This document shows positions 1 to 16,160 of a stretch of 64,000 nt of DNA, one piece after another. A program made the position numbers and the translations under genes. The DNA is from the human T2T-CHM13v2.0 reference genome, Homo sapiens, in NCBI RefSeq assembly GCF_009914755.1, contig NC_060927.1. One strand, given 5' to 3'. Numbering within the stretch: the first letter of the stretch is position 1; every line of letters starts with the position of its first letter. Below the pieces are notes generated by a model. The model made no database searches. It worked only from the letters and a program-made list of their open reading frames with translations, and was not told the DNA's origin.

Positions 1-216
1 TTCTTGTAAATTTGTTTAAGTTCCTTGTAGACTCTGGATATTAGACTCTTGTCAGATGGACAGATTGTAAAAATGTTCTTCCATTCTGTAGGTTGTCTGT
101 TCACTCTGATGATATTTTCTTTCGGTGTGCAGACGCTGTTTAGTTTAACTAGACCCCATTTATCAATTTTTGCTTTTGTTGCAATTGCTTTTGGCGTTTT
201 TGTCATGAAATTTTTG
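1..216 (-). mobile_element. LINE-1 ORF2 3'-region fragment (older L1PA/L1PB), continues off the window start
   Basis: Aligns by eye to 4983-5195 of the L1PA in this window (ttcttgtaaatttgttt...ccattctgtaggttg...gtttagtttaa...ttgcttttgg) with many substitutions. Confidence 0.9.
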
Positions 217-439
217 AGATAAGGCTTCTTTTATTAAATACATACCCACAATGTCATTATCGCTCCTAAAAAAGTAATTCCTCACTATCATGAAATATTT
301 AGTCATGGTTAAATTTTACAAAATTGACTTATCTTAGTTTCTTGTATTAGAAAATGTTTTCTAGATACTAAGGGTGTTCTTTGCTACTAAGATTTTTCAT
401 TGTTCCTAGTCTTCTCATTAGATAGAGCAAAGGACAATG

Positions 440-520
440 TATTAGGTCAAACTATAAGAAATTGTCTTGTTATTAGTTAAAGTGATCTGATATTGGCAAT
501 TTCACTTGGTTTAACCTATT
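440..520. mobile_element. MADE2 mariner-derived MITE (degenerate)
   Basis: ~80 bp with imperfect terminal inverted repeats tattaggtcaaactataagaaattgtc / ggcaatttcacttggtttaacctatt, matching the recalled MADE2 consensus. Confidence 0.7.
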
Positions 521-689
521 TTTAGGACAAAACATATTATGAGTTGCAACTGACACATCCCAGTGAGTTTACTTGACTTCATTGGTCTTGGCAGTCTGAC
601 ACCACTTACCCCAGATATCTGGTAAGGTTAGTTTCTACTCATTGCCTTTCTTCTCTTAAGGGATGTCTTGGTTTGGAACCTCGTTCATT

Positions 690-1150
690 CATCCAGTGGT
701 TGCATAATAGTCCATCACTTACCTGTACCATAATTTATTTAATCCATTTCTTTTACCTGGATATCTTTATGCCCATATTTCTCTATTGTAAATGTGGTAG
801 TGGTGAACACACTCACATTTGAATCTCTGTTTTAAATCTGATTATTACTTTAAAATAAATTTTAAAATGTGAAATTTCTGGGTCCAGGGGGTAGAACCCC
901 TTTGAAGGCTTTTAGCGTTACTTTTAATGGTAAAAAAAACAGCAATCACTTTAGTAGCAGTGTAATACATTTTGCCAAATTTCTTTCCCCCCTTACTCCC
1001 ATTGCTGTCCCACTGTTAGCTTTTCCATTTAATTCTCTATTCCTAGCTAATTGGATATTTCTAGTTTGTACTTTTTACATTTGCATATTAATACTTGTGC
1101 TATTTATACTAACAATATTTAAAAGCATGAACTATTTGTAAATAAATTAG
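690..1150 (-). mobile_element. Ancient L1M (L1ME-like) 3' fragment
   Basis: Degenerate L1M 3' motifs: ccataatttatttaatccatt, ctattgtaaat...gtggtgaaca, ttctgggtc, tttgccaaatt. Confidence 0.55.
910..967. mobile_element. Partial MADE1 (Hsmar1-derived MITE) inserted in L1M
   Basis: ttacttttaatggtaaaaaaaacagcaatcacttt...taata resembles the MADE1 centre plus one arm (TTACTTTTAATGGCAAAAACCGCAATTACTTTTGCACCAACCTAATA). Confidence 0.6.
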
Positions 1151-1339
1151 AGTTTATTTTCTTCCATAACCATGCATGACATTCCTACAACTGATTCAGA
1201 TTAAGGGCCTGTCTTAAAAATACTATTGATTTTCTTCTCCACAACAATGCTCTGATGTCTCTCCACTGCCACCAAGTAATTTGTGGGGCTGAAAACAACT
1301 CGAAGGCTAGGATTCTAGGCTCTGGAGAATGTCTTGTTT

Positions 1340-1420
1340 TGTGTGTATAGATTTATGTATGTATCTATTTATGTGTGTTTGTGCATGCATATGTGTATAA
1401 ATAGACATAGATATATTACA
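1340..1420. repeat. Degenerate (TG/TA)n low-complexity tract
   Basis: gtgtgtatagatttatgtatgtatctatttatgtgtg...catatgtgtata. Confidence 0.6.
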
Positions 1421-3597
1421 AAGTATTTAACTTATTAAATAAGTATAAACAAATGAATTAAACAATACCAACTAGATTAAAAGATGACAGTAACAACTTC
1501 TAAGTATCAAGTATGTTGAGCTATTTCTAAGTTATTTTGAGTTAAATAAATCTGAACTTTCCTTATTTTAAGACGTTTTAAGAAATCAAGGCTCTCATAT
1601 TAATTACAATTCTGTACAGTAAAATTCATTGTCCATCTTCTATAAGCCAAGCATTTTACTAGGTGAGTTTACATAGTTTATGACATTGTTTACTAAGTTG
1701 CTAAAGCTATAGTGTTTTGAATTCACCCAGTCTGATTCTCCCATGTTTTACACATCAGCCATTTTCAGTAGCTGTACCTTTCTTTTCTCATCTTTTTTGG
1801 TGTCTTTCAATGACCCCCTACATATGGCTGAGGCAATTCTCACCCTGAAACAGATGGCACTGCGCTATCCGTGTGCTCTCTAGCTCCTCTTTGCCATTTA
1901 TCATAGAAACACATCACTAAAGTTTTAGTCAACACTCCTGGGGTGCTAATGTGCAAAGAAAGGAATAGTCTGAATCTGTTCAGGCCAGACAATGCATTGC
2001 ATAGGTTAGATATAGTCAAATTACTTAACAGAACAGTTACAAGGTGTGTTTATGGAGAGGAGCAGATTCCTCACCCCTGGCAAGCATTCTCATATGCCCT
2101 TTCTTTGCTTGGGAGGTGGAGAGAAGAAGGTCAGTGACTAATGTCCCACAGGTGCACATGTTAGTATTCCTCACCAGGTAACTTAATCCTACCTCATCTG
2201 AATTCTGCCCGGGGTCTGAATATTTTATTCAGTGCTGATGGCTTTTCCCATTGGTGAAAGGAAAGTCAAGTCTCCAAGCAATTTGAGGAGATTAAAGAAA
2301 ATATAACACTTCTTTAGAAATGTGCCTTTACTTCTTATTTAGTTTGAACACAGTGGAAAGAGAAAAAGAATAAAGTCTTGGCTTGGAGGCTGTTGATAAT
2401 GCAGCACGAGTGACAGCCCTATTGAAGGGGAGAGGGTATTTTTCATGATTACAAGGTGGAGTGTGTGGATCTGGCTGTTAGGAGGGCCTTGTGGTAAATC
2501 TGTCATTTCTGGCATGATGGGAGGATGAGGAAAGAAAATGGGTCTTTGACATCCAACTCATGCTGCCGATGGCAGTGATAAATGAAGGAAATAAGTGCTC
2601 TCCAAATCAGACGGCCCGAGTGGAGAAAAGGCACAGTAATAAAGATTGGAGATATCTTTCACCGGAGCTTCTGTGAGCTCTCCCTGCAGTATATTACCTC
2701 TTCCATTCATCACGTTAAATCCGGAGAGCAGTGGGAACACATAACTGTTCATTTTTATCATCTTGAGATATACAGGCTGTGATCTTGACTTTAATTAACT
2801 GACTCGAAGTAAGTTTATTTAGAGTTGCTTCTCAAGGCCAAATAAAGGAAGGTCACTTGGCCACGTACAGCCAGCTCATGGCTGAGATGGCCAACTGCTC
2901 TGCACCAGTGACCATTTGGTGCATGTGCGAAGGTTTTTATTTTATAGATAACAGAGGGGTCAGCAGAAAAGGCTTCTGGGCAGACCCTTGTCTCTCCATA
3001 TCCAGGAAGTTGGGAGTAAGAGAACTCAGGTTCACCTTACCAAAGACCTTCACTGAGGACAGTCCCAGAGGAAGTGCAGATTCTTCCCTTTATAAATTAT
3101 GGAGAGGGGTAGGTGGTGGAGGAGGAGAGATGCAGAGCTGGGCCTCTCCATGCCCCCACCTGTCATTTTGGACTTATCTCCTTCCAGCCTTTGTATTCTG
3201 TACAAACTCCTTGTAGCTTTGAAAGCCTCCATCTCTCTGGCTTCCATGCTTTGCACATGTTGCTCTTTCTGCCTGAAAGGTGTTGGTCTCCTTTCCGGGC
3301 CTCACCGACTCCTATGAAGCTTTAGAGGCATATCTGTGTCATTGTGGACCATGAGTGTCGTTGCTTCTCTCAACCCATCAGGCAAGAACCTGCACAGAGG
3401 AAGGAAATTGTCTGTCTGGGTCTCTGCTGTGTCTGCAGCAGCCCCTGCGATAGCTTATACAGACTGGGTGAGACAAACCTGTGTGAGGAGGGAAGAGGGG
3501 GCTGAGCTGTTATCAGCCATGATACCTCTCTTCTGCTCCATCTACATGCCAGCCCTAGTCTTCGTTTGTTTATTTTCATACATAATGGCTGTATAAT

Positions 3598-4088
3598 ATA
3601 TATCTCAGCTTTCTTGACATAGAATTTATCTGCCATACAATTCACCTATTTAAAGAGCATGAGTCAATGGGTTTTAGTATATTCACAGAGCTGTGTAACC
3701 ATCACCAAAATTTTAGAACATTTTCATCAATGAAACTCCAAACACATTAGCAGTTAATACACATTTAGGTTCATTTGGTTCAGTATTCAGTTTGAAACCA
3801 GTAAGAAATCCCTGTACCCATCAGCAACTTTCCTTTTTCTCCACCAGGCCCCAGCAGCCACTAATCTACTTTATGTTTCTGCTGCACAGTTATCCATATT
3901 GAGTATTGCGCATAAATGGAATTAGAAAAAATGTGGGCTTTTGTGTCTGACTTTTTTCACTCAGTACCGTGTTGTCAAGGTTTACCATATTGTGGTGTCT
4001 ATTAGTACTTTATCCCTTTTTATTTCCAAGTAGTATTTCATTGTATGGATGTACCCCATTTTATTTTTCCATTCATCAGTTGATGGGC
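3598..4088 (-). mobile_element. L1MB-type LINE-1 3' end
   Basis: Typical L1MB 3'UTR reverse complement: ccatacaattcacctatttaaag, ttttagtatattcacagagctgtgtaaccatcacc, ccactaatctacttt, ccattcatcagttgatgg. Confidence 0.8.
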
Positions 4089-4342
4089 CCTAGCCCAGAT
4101 GCTTAATGACAGCTGTAGTTTCTTTTATTATTATTATTATTATACTTTAAGTTCTAGGGTACATGTGCACAATGTGCAGGTTTGTTACATATGTGTACGT
4201 GCGCCATGTTGGTGTGCTGCACCCATTAACTCATCATTTACATTAGGTATATCTCCTAATGCTATCCCTCCCTCCTCCCGCTACACCATGACAGGCCCCG
4301 GTGTGTGATGTTCCCCACCCTGTGTCCAAGTGTTCTCATTGT

Positions 4343-8157
<3,815 letters not shown>

Positions 8158-8220
8158 TATGTTGTTAGCTGGTTATTTTGCTCGTTAGTTGATGCAGTTC
8201 CTTCCTAGCATCGATGGTCT

Positions 8221-8387
8221 TTACAATTTGGCATGTTTTTGCAGTGGCTGGTACCGGTTGTTCCTTTCCATGTTTAGGGCTTCCTTCAGGAGCTCTTGTA
8301 GGGCAGGCCTGGTAGTGACAAAATCTCTCAGCATTTGCTTGTCTGTAAAGGATTTTATTTCTCCTTCACTTATGAAGCTTAGTTTGG
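8221..8387 (-). pseudogene. L1 ORF1p C-terminal remnant
   Basis: KLSFISEGEIKSFTDKQMLRDFVTTRPALQELLKEALNMERNNRYQPLQKHAKL is the L1 ORF1p C-terminus. The upstream part of that ORF is flanking DNA. Confidence 0.93.
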
Positions 8388-9120
8388 ACAGCTTTGGTTT
8401 CATCTTCTCTAGGAGGCATCCCTGGCTTACCTCTGTCAAAGAATTGTGGAAATTGTCTTTCTTTGTTCCACATTTGAGTGAAGTGCCTGACATTTCTGCA
8501 TCCCTGCCACTTTGTAGCATCCTGGATTGGTGTTGCCTGCTTCCAACTGTCCCTCTAGGGGATTTTTGAACATTTGCCTACCACGTATATTATCATTGAT
8601 ATTGAGAGATTAATAAAATGAAGAAAAAGTCAAGAATATTTAGTAAATATCCATGTTGCTTCCACCAAGATTGCTAGCATTGTGTCACATATTCTTCAAG
8701 TTACTTCCTCTTCCTTTAAAAATAAAAAAGAAATTAAAACCTTTAGTAAACTTATGTGCCCTACAAAGGGGCCACACATCAATCTGAGCTATATTCCTTT
8801 CTCTTCTCTTTCTGCTTCACTTCCCATGGGAAACACCACCTTGTAGTCAATTTTGTGTATCTTTACAGAGTAAATACATATAGTAATAAGAAATCCTAAT
8901 AGTAATATAGTGAGTACATTTTAGTTTCCCACAAATGATATACAACATATATATGGCCTTACAACTTTCTTTTTCATTCATCCATGTGTCTTAACTATCT
9001 GTGTTGGTATATAAAGTTTATTATTTCTAACTGCCATATAATATTCTATCTGTGCTTTTTATTTATATAATATTTTATTTTAACTTCTAATGTAAATTAA
9101 TTTAGGAAGGAAACTCTATG

Positions 9121-9538
9121 TGTCTTAGTTCATTTTCTGTTGCTTGTAATAGAATTCCTGAAACTGGTTAATTTATAAAGAAGGGAATTTATTTCTTACA
9201 GTTATAGAAGCTGAGAAGCCCAAGGTTGAGGGGTCACATCTGGTAAGGATCTTCTCACTGGTGGGGACTCTCTGTGGAGTCCGCAGGTAGTGCAGGGCAT
9301 CCCGTGGTGACGAGGCTGAGCATGCTAGCTCAGGTCTCTCTTCCTCTTCTTGTAAAGCCACCACTCCTGTTCCCACCATAACCCATTAGTTCGTTAACAC
9401 ATTAATCCATTACTCTATGAATTGGGCTCTGCCCTTATGACCCAATCACCTTTTAAAGGCCTCACCTCTCAATGCTGCCACAATAGAGATTAAGTTTCAA
9501 CATGAGTTTTGAAGTGGCCAAGTAGTCAAACCATAGCA
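9121..9538 (-). mobile_element. MaLR solo LTR (MST family, MSTC/MSTD-like)
   Basis: Ends tgtcttagtt...caaaccatagca (TG...CA on the minus strand). Internal MST motifs ctcaggtctctcttcctcttc and atgacccaatcacc...ctcaatgctgccaca. Confidence 0.9.
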
Positions 9539-9910
9539 ATACGTTAACGCTATAAATGGGAAATGATCATTACTTGCCTTAAATAATGACACAAGGAAAT
9601 AAATGCATGGCTATTAAAGTTAAAATATGAAATATTAAAAAATGACCAGAAGAATATTGTTCCCATATGACTGAGGGGAGAAAGGAGGAGGAAGGAATAT
9701 GGCTGAAAATTGTGATCAAAATGGGCATAAATTTATCTAAAATGTTGTCATTATTTAAATGGAAGCTGATATTTCTTGCCTTAAATATTGATATGAGAAA
9801 AACTTTTTAAATGCACGGCTATTAAAATTAAAACAATCTCTAGTGTAAACCCTACTGTCAAATTATATACCACAGTTGTGCATGGACCATATCTTGGGAA
9901 ATACAGCCTA
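9539..9910. mobile_element. hAT-Charlie-like DNA transposon remnant, interrupted by the MST LTR
   Basis: Ends in a hAT-like terminus (ccatatcttgggaaatacag). AT-rich interior appears to continue on the left of the LTR. Confidence 0.45.
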
Positions 9911-10059
9911 GGTCATAGTTGAATGAGTGGATGAATAAAGATCTCCAGTGAGATTTCTGGCACTAACCAACAACTGGTGGTGGGCTGTACTGAGATTCAG
10001 ATTTCCTTAAGTCCTGCCTACATACTGAATGACTCTCAGAGTTGACCACCTTCTTGCTA

Positions 10060-10290
10060 ACAGCAATGGTAGCTGACCCAAAGTAGTGCTTGCTCCTCGG
10101 GGGCCAGGCATTGTCCACATTCTTTATACACATTAATTTAGACCTCACAACAGCCCTATTGGGTAGATATTCTTACTATCATCACCATTTTACAAATAAA
10201 GAAACTGAGGCAAAGAGAGATTAGATAGATTGCCTAGGGTCATATAGCTAGAGAGTAGAAGAGCTGGGTGTGACCTGGGGCAGGTAATGT
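10060..10290 (-). mobile_element. MIR SINE
   Basis: MIR core reverse complement: cctcacaacagccctat...ccattttacaaataaagaaactgaggc...ttgcctagggtcatatagctag. Confidence 0.85.
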
Positions 10291-11454
10291 CGGCTTCCTT
10301 ACTGGGGGGAGTGGGGGGCAGTGGGCCTGTGTTAAAAGCCTCAGGGCAAGCTGGAGAACGACCCTGTAAATTCCAGGTGCACTTGTACTGAGGCCACAGC
10401 CCTCCAGCTGCCACAGTTGATCCCACCAGGCCCACCACACCCAGAGGGAAAGACCAAACTCAAATCCTGCCCATGCCTCCAGCTCTCCCAGACTCTCACT
10501 TCCTGTTCTCCAGTCCCTGCTGCTTCACTACCTCCATTCCCTCCCGATTTGACCAGCGGCACTGCTCTAGGTGGCCCCAATGAGCACCTGTTTGTGCTGG
10601 TCTTTGCACACCCCCTCCCCCCATCTCTTGGAGGAGGCCCATGCAGGCAGCACTGGCTGGAACTTGAGTTTGAGCCAGAGAAACAATTGAAGGGACTGGG
10701 CAAGCATGGGGAGTTAATTCTATCTAAGGCACAGACGGCATCTCCATTGAGGATACACTGACCAGCATCCCTGAAGAGGGCCAGCTCTGGAGTGGAATAA
10801 ATCACCTTCACGTCTTTCCCCTTTGGGTGGCCTCTGACTGACTTCTTCGTCTTCCTGAAAGCTGTTGCCAAGGAAATCCTGAAATTTAACAGTAAAATCA
10901 AGAAAACCATCTTTTAAGGAGAGTTTTTCTAACCCCAGTTGCAGAAAAATCAAAGTGTGATAAACAGTATTAGTCTCCCTTCTTAAATCACCAATTATAA
11001 TCTTTAGATTAGAAATATTATTTCCGGAATGAGGGAACAGAACCAGCCATTTATTAAATGCTTATTAGGGACTACACATTTTACCCAGGCCATCTTTATT
11101 TTCTCTTCTCAGCCTCCCTGAGGGGGGACTATTACCTCCAGTACTGGGGCTGACACACATGAGCAATGAGGCCAGGTGGGGTTGTCCATAGACACCTTCT
11201 GCATAGAGAGTGCCTAAGCTGGGCCATGATCTGTCTGGCTCAAAAGTTTCCTTTTGACCACGTTGCTTCAAGAGACACACATCAGGATCCCAGTGGCTGA
11301 ACATGAACTTAACAGGGTCATGGGAAGGAGAGGCGAGCTCTGCCCCAGCACAAGGCCTCAAGACAGTGGTGATCCCAGTGACCCCTCAAAAGGTGATCAC
11401 AGTGTGGAGCCCTTAGCTAGCATATCTCCTTTTATTTTAATCAAAAGCATGGAA

Positions 11455-11605
11455 GCTTGTTTTATCCTGTCTTGTCCCTCCAGATCTCTTCTCTACTTTC
11501 TCTATTCTGTTTTGGGCCCCAGGATCCTGACCTCTACCGACTTGCTTCATCTGAGTTCACCTTCTCTCTTGCTTCTGGCTGGGTTTAACCAAAGGAAGGT
11601 ACCTG
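11455..11605 (+). mobile_element. LTR16-family (ERVL) LTR 5' fragment
   Basis: ttgtccctccagatc...ctgacctcta...ctcttgcttctggctgggttt resembles the LTR16 5' end and is the reverse complement of 12285-12418. Confidence 0.6.
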
Positions 11606-11624
11606 GATTAGCTACCAGGGTCTT

Positions 11625-11880
11625 GATTTCTTCATTGATAAAATCTGTGTAACAGCAGTCCCTATCTCAGAGTATCAAGGATTACATGAGTTAATCTGTA
11701 GAAACTGCTTACACAGTGCCTGGCACACAGTATATTCTCAGCTTGTTATTGCTATTATTTTTTCAACCATACATTAGATAATCTTGAGCAAATCCACAAA
11801 GCTTTTTGAGTCTCTGTTTCTCACCTGGGAACAGGGGTCAACGCCATCTCTCCAAGCCTGCTGTGTGAGTTGAACAGGAA
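11625..11880 (+). mobile_element. MIR fragments
   Basis: ggattacatgagttaatctgtagaaactgcttacacagtgcctggcacacagta and a second core fragment. Confidence 0.7.
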
Positions 11881-11931
11881 ACAAAAGCTTGCTCAGAGCA
11901 GGTGATGAGAGACCATTGGAGAAAGGATGTT

Positions 11932-11997
11932 TACTATGTTGAGCCATATGAAATCACTACTATTTGACCTACACACACGGCAATTTCACATAGTTCA
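11932..11997. mobile_element. MADE2 MITE (degenerate)
   Basis: tatgttgagccatatgaaatc...tttgacctaca...ggcaatttcacatagttca. Confidence 0.7.
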
Positions 11998-12004
11998 GAG
12001 ATGT

Positions 12005-12418
12005 AGCAATGTTAAGGGATACCAGAAAGGGATAGTGAAATATTCAGGGCTAGCATCATGGAAGCCATGACCATCCCCAGGCTGAAGGAGAAGTGGAAAG
12101 AGAATTACCAGGAGCAGTTAGTGGGCCAGCCGAAGAGCTGCAGCTGTAGGAGTGAGGCCAGCCCATAGGAATTGTGACCCTCTGTTGAAGAACAGGAGAC
12201 CAAACTGGGACCCAGCAGAGAGGAAGTCAGAGGAACAAATACTCTAACCTTTTGTTCCTCCTGCCCTTCAGTTTTTTGCTGTTTTGTCAAACCCAGCCAG
12301 ACAAGGAGAGGGAGCTTGGATGAAGCAGTCCATAGAGGTCAGCCTCCCAGGGCACAGAAGAGAGAAGGGTAGTGGAGGATGGATATGAAGGGCAAGATGG
12401 GAAAATAGCAAGTTCACA
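12005..12418 (-). mobile_element. LTR16-family (ERVL) solo LTR
   Basis: gcagtccatagaggtcagcctcccagggcacaga...ggatatgaagggcaa...caca matches the recalled LTR16 reverse complement. Confidence 0.75.
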
Positions 12419-13245
12419 TGCTTTTGGTTTAGACAAAAGAAGATATTCTACAGGGTGCAATGCTGGGTCTGGTGCTGAGTGGGTGCCTCCTTGCTATTTT
12501 TATTGTTACTGTTGGGGTTTTGAAGGCTAAACAGGGGTAAACAAGGATGGAAGGTTTCAATACAAAGAAAGAAACACAGCTTTTGAACAACAAAAGAACA
12601 CACAAAGGGCACATTTGGGGGCTGTCCTGGATTGAACACAGCGTCTAACATTCCCTGGCTGGGCCCGGGGGCTGGCCTGCCCACTCCCTCTCCCCTGCCC
12701 ATCCTTGGGGCCTCCCTCAGCTCCAAGGGAACAGGAAACAGGGCTTCCAATGCCCATTCACAGCTCAGGCTTCGCTGATCGTGTGAACAGCTTCAAGGTC
12801 TTTGGTAGAACTGGGGTTTAAACAGCAAATTGCATCAGAGAGAGGCTGTCTGGAGAAGCCATCAATCTTGTGGGATGTGTAATTTGCACAAGTTTGCAGA
12901 CCTTCAGGACTGTTTCTGATAAATGAGAAACAATCACACTTGGGTAAAATATTACAGACTTTTATGGAGCCCATTAAAATCATTGCTGAAACCCTTCCTG
13001 CCTTCAGTCCATTCCCGTTCCATCCTCAGCATGGTCGCTGCACATCTTCCTAAACATCTCTCTCCTTATTCTTACCCCGCCTGCACCCTTTTTGGGCTCT
13101 GCTGAACAGGCAAAAGGATAGGGAGGAGCAATAGTGCCGTCTGCTGGCTGCAAGGGGCCAGGAGGAGGGATTATTCACACGCGTGTTTCTCCATCTGTTG
13201 TCTCATTCTACTCCCTGTGAGGACTGTGTTGTTACTTCCAGAGAA

Positions 13246-13603
13246 CAGTGGTTCTCAACCGGGCTACATCTGGAATCACCTGGGAAGCCTCAAAACACTA
13301 TTGAGGCTGGGTTCCACATCATTCATATCAGAGATGGTGGTGTCATTGGTCTGGAATGTGGCTTGGATTCTGGGATTGTTGTAAAATCCCTCCAGGTGAT
13401 TTCAATATGCAGCCACAAAGCACTACACCTTAGAGCAGGGACATGGAAACCACCTGGAGGGGCTGGCAAAACAGATCACGTGGCCCCCACCCCACAGTTG
13501 CTGATGCAGGTGATCTGGGGCAGAGCCTGAGAATCTTGCATTTTAAGAAGTTTGCAGGGCAGGCTGAGCTGCTGGTCTGGGAACCCCACTTTGAGAAGCA
13601 TGG
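13246..13603. mobile_element. Two adjacent MER5-family hAT MITEs (MER5B-like 13246-13430, MER5A-like 13435-13603)
   Basis: cagtggttctcaa terminus, gaatcacctgggaag, ccaggtgatttcaatatgcagcc; second unit ends gcattttaagaag...ccactttgagaagcatgg. Confidence 0.8.
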
Positions 13604-13648
13604 CCTTAGTGAAAGCGAAGACTCAGATAGTTTAAGTGACTTGTTTGA

Positions 13649-14058
<410 letters not shown>

Positions 14059-15839
14059 AATATTTCTGTTATTAAATGATCCCAGGGTCCACACCTGCTC
14101 CCCACCCTGATTCTAGGTTTATTCTCATAGGCCTCTGTTTAGCAGCCTTGCTGGATCATAACCCTGGGGGAAGGCAGGAAAGGAGCACTTGCTTAAAATA
14201 TTTATTTGTAACCAGCTGTGTCTCCCACCACCACAAAGTCGGATTGGAAATGCCCCCTGAGGTAAGAGTTGGCCTCTCTGAGCTTCTCTTTTGAAGCGTA
14301 GCCCTTTCATTCTTCTCCTCAGAAAACCAACTCTGCCCAGCTGATACGTGAAAAAACTCATTTTTGACATGGGCTCTGGAGCCCAACAAACCTGGGTTCC
14401 AAGCAAGCATGCCTATTCACAGGCTGTGTGGTCTTGGGCACATTACCTAACCTTCCTGAGCCTTCCTTCTCTGGCAGCCCCACATGTATATAGTGAGGAT
14501 TTAATAGCAAACCTTGGGTGTGGTTGCAGCACATTGTTTCTCCCCCATGCAGGGCAGAAGCAGGCTGTTTGTAGGGACAGACACAGCTCTCATCAAGACA
14601 GCACAGCCAACCACGAGCCTGCAGGGGTGAGCACAGAGCCCTTCTCTGGATGGCGCTGGCAGTCAGGCCTCCCATGCATCCCTTTGGGCTCCCTGTCATT
14701 CTCGGGTGAGGGAGGACATGAAGCCTGAACACAAGCATCCTCCTGCCTGAGGGCCACTCCTCACAGTCAGCAGCCTCTGCTGAGCTCCTGCCATCCTCTG
14801 GACTCTGGATGGGAGGTAATTTCACGCTTCTGGCTCTTCACACCCTGGTGATGAATGTGTGTAAGTGACCTTGGCCCCTTCAGCCACCACCAGCACACAG
14901 GATGATGTAATTGAATTTGTATACACCGTAAATTTTATTAGAGGAAAGCAATCTAGTTCCAATTCTGGTTCTCCGGAGTTACTGGATTGTGTCTGAGGAT
15001 AAACTCGCTGGTCAGCTGGGTGGGGACAGAGGTCAGAGTCACAGCTACTGTCTCACTAGCTTTCATTGGGCACGATTAACAAAAGTGTACAGCAGCTGCA
15101 AAGGCACCAGATGCAGCGTGGTGGTGAGTGTTAAGAGAAGGGATGTGTGTGGAGGACTGCCCAGGAGCCAGCTCGCAACAGGAGCTCAACTGACAAGAAT
15201 TTACTTTTGCTTTTCACGTTTGACTGTCTGCTCTCTGTCTTCCCCATTCCCTCATCTCCCTCCTCTCTCTCTTATTTCTGTCTTCTCTTCCTTCTCCAAA
15301 GATCTGCCTTCATTCCTGCCCCCTGAGCTGTGAGGCTTTGGTGAAGCTACTAGCTCACCTTCATAAGCCTGTTTCATTATGTGTGAAATGGAATCAATAA
15401 CACCTATCTCAGGGGGTTATTGTGGAGATGGAGTGAGATGGGTGATGTGAAGTGATTGGCACATAGTCAGGTATCAACACATGTAAGGAACCTTTTTCAC
15501 TGAAGCCCCTTTTGGTGTTTGAATGACTTGTCTGTAGGCACATGTTTGCCAGTTGCCATCTCTGAGTTAGACTCGGGCCCAATACAAGAGGGTCATCACA
15601 GCTGGTCCTCGGGCAGCTACCATCTGGCTGGGAAATCCTGGCATGCACAGATGTTTAACTCTCACAGGGCAAGCAGTGAGTGACCAAAGACAAGGGGCTG
15701 GTGGTGACCAAAGGTACTATGGAGCTCGTGGGAGGGGGAGGTTCTTGGTCAGGGAAGGCTTTCTGGAGGAGGTGAGCTTGAACTAGGACTTCAAGAATGG
15801 GTCACATTTGGGGAGGGTGGAGAATAGCAAGGAGGCTGG

Positions 15840-16160
15840 GCATTTATCAAGTACCTTCCTGAAGCCCAGAATCTTATACTGTCATTTTTAAGATGCGTTT
15901 GCTTAACCCTAAGTAACAGGCACTTTTTTTCTCCCTTTGATAGTTGCTGAAACCTCAATGATAGTGCCATTCTAGCAGCACCAGGTTGAAAAGAAATGCT
16001 CAAAGCTGTCCATATGCAGATATCTGTGAAAAAAAAATGTGAACTATTTTGTAGCATTGAAGGTAAATAATTTGTCCAAGACCACGCGGTCAGTAAGGGG
16101 TGGAGATGACTTGTAAACCTAGATCTATCTGGCCACAGGCTTTGCTTATAGCCACCCACA
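15840..16160 (-). mobile_element. MIR interrupted by a ~100-bp non-MIR insert (see findings)
   Basis: MIR-like aaccctaagtaacaggcac...tgaaac stops near 15955 and resumes at 16061 (aggtaaataatttgtccaagaccac). Confidence 0.6.

Noticed and set aside
1846-1865. CTCF-like AAACAGATGGCACTG (similar at ~14645)
   Set aside because: Only the 3' half of the motif matches; too weak without binding data.
8221-8520. 99-aa ORF fusing flanking sequence to the L1 ORF1p C-terminus
   Set aside because: Chance read-through across the 5' truncation junction, with a non-ATG start and no promoter or splice evidence.
10341-10910. 189-aa ORF, the longest non-L1 ORF
   Set aside because: No recognisable domain; composition typical of random GC-richer DNA; overlapped by similar-length ORFs in other frames.
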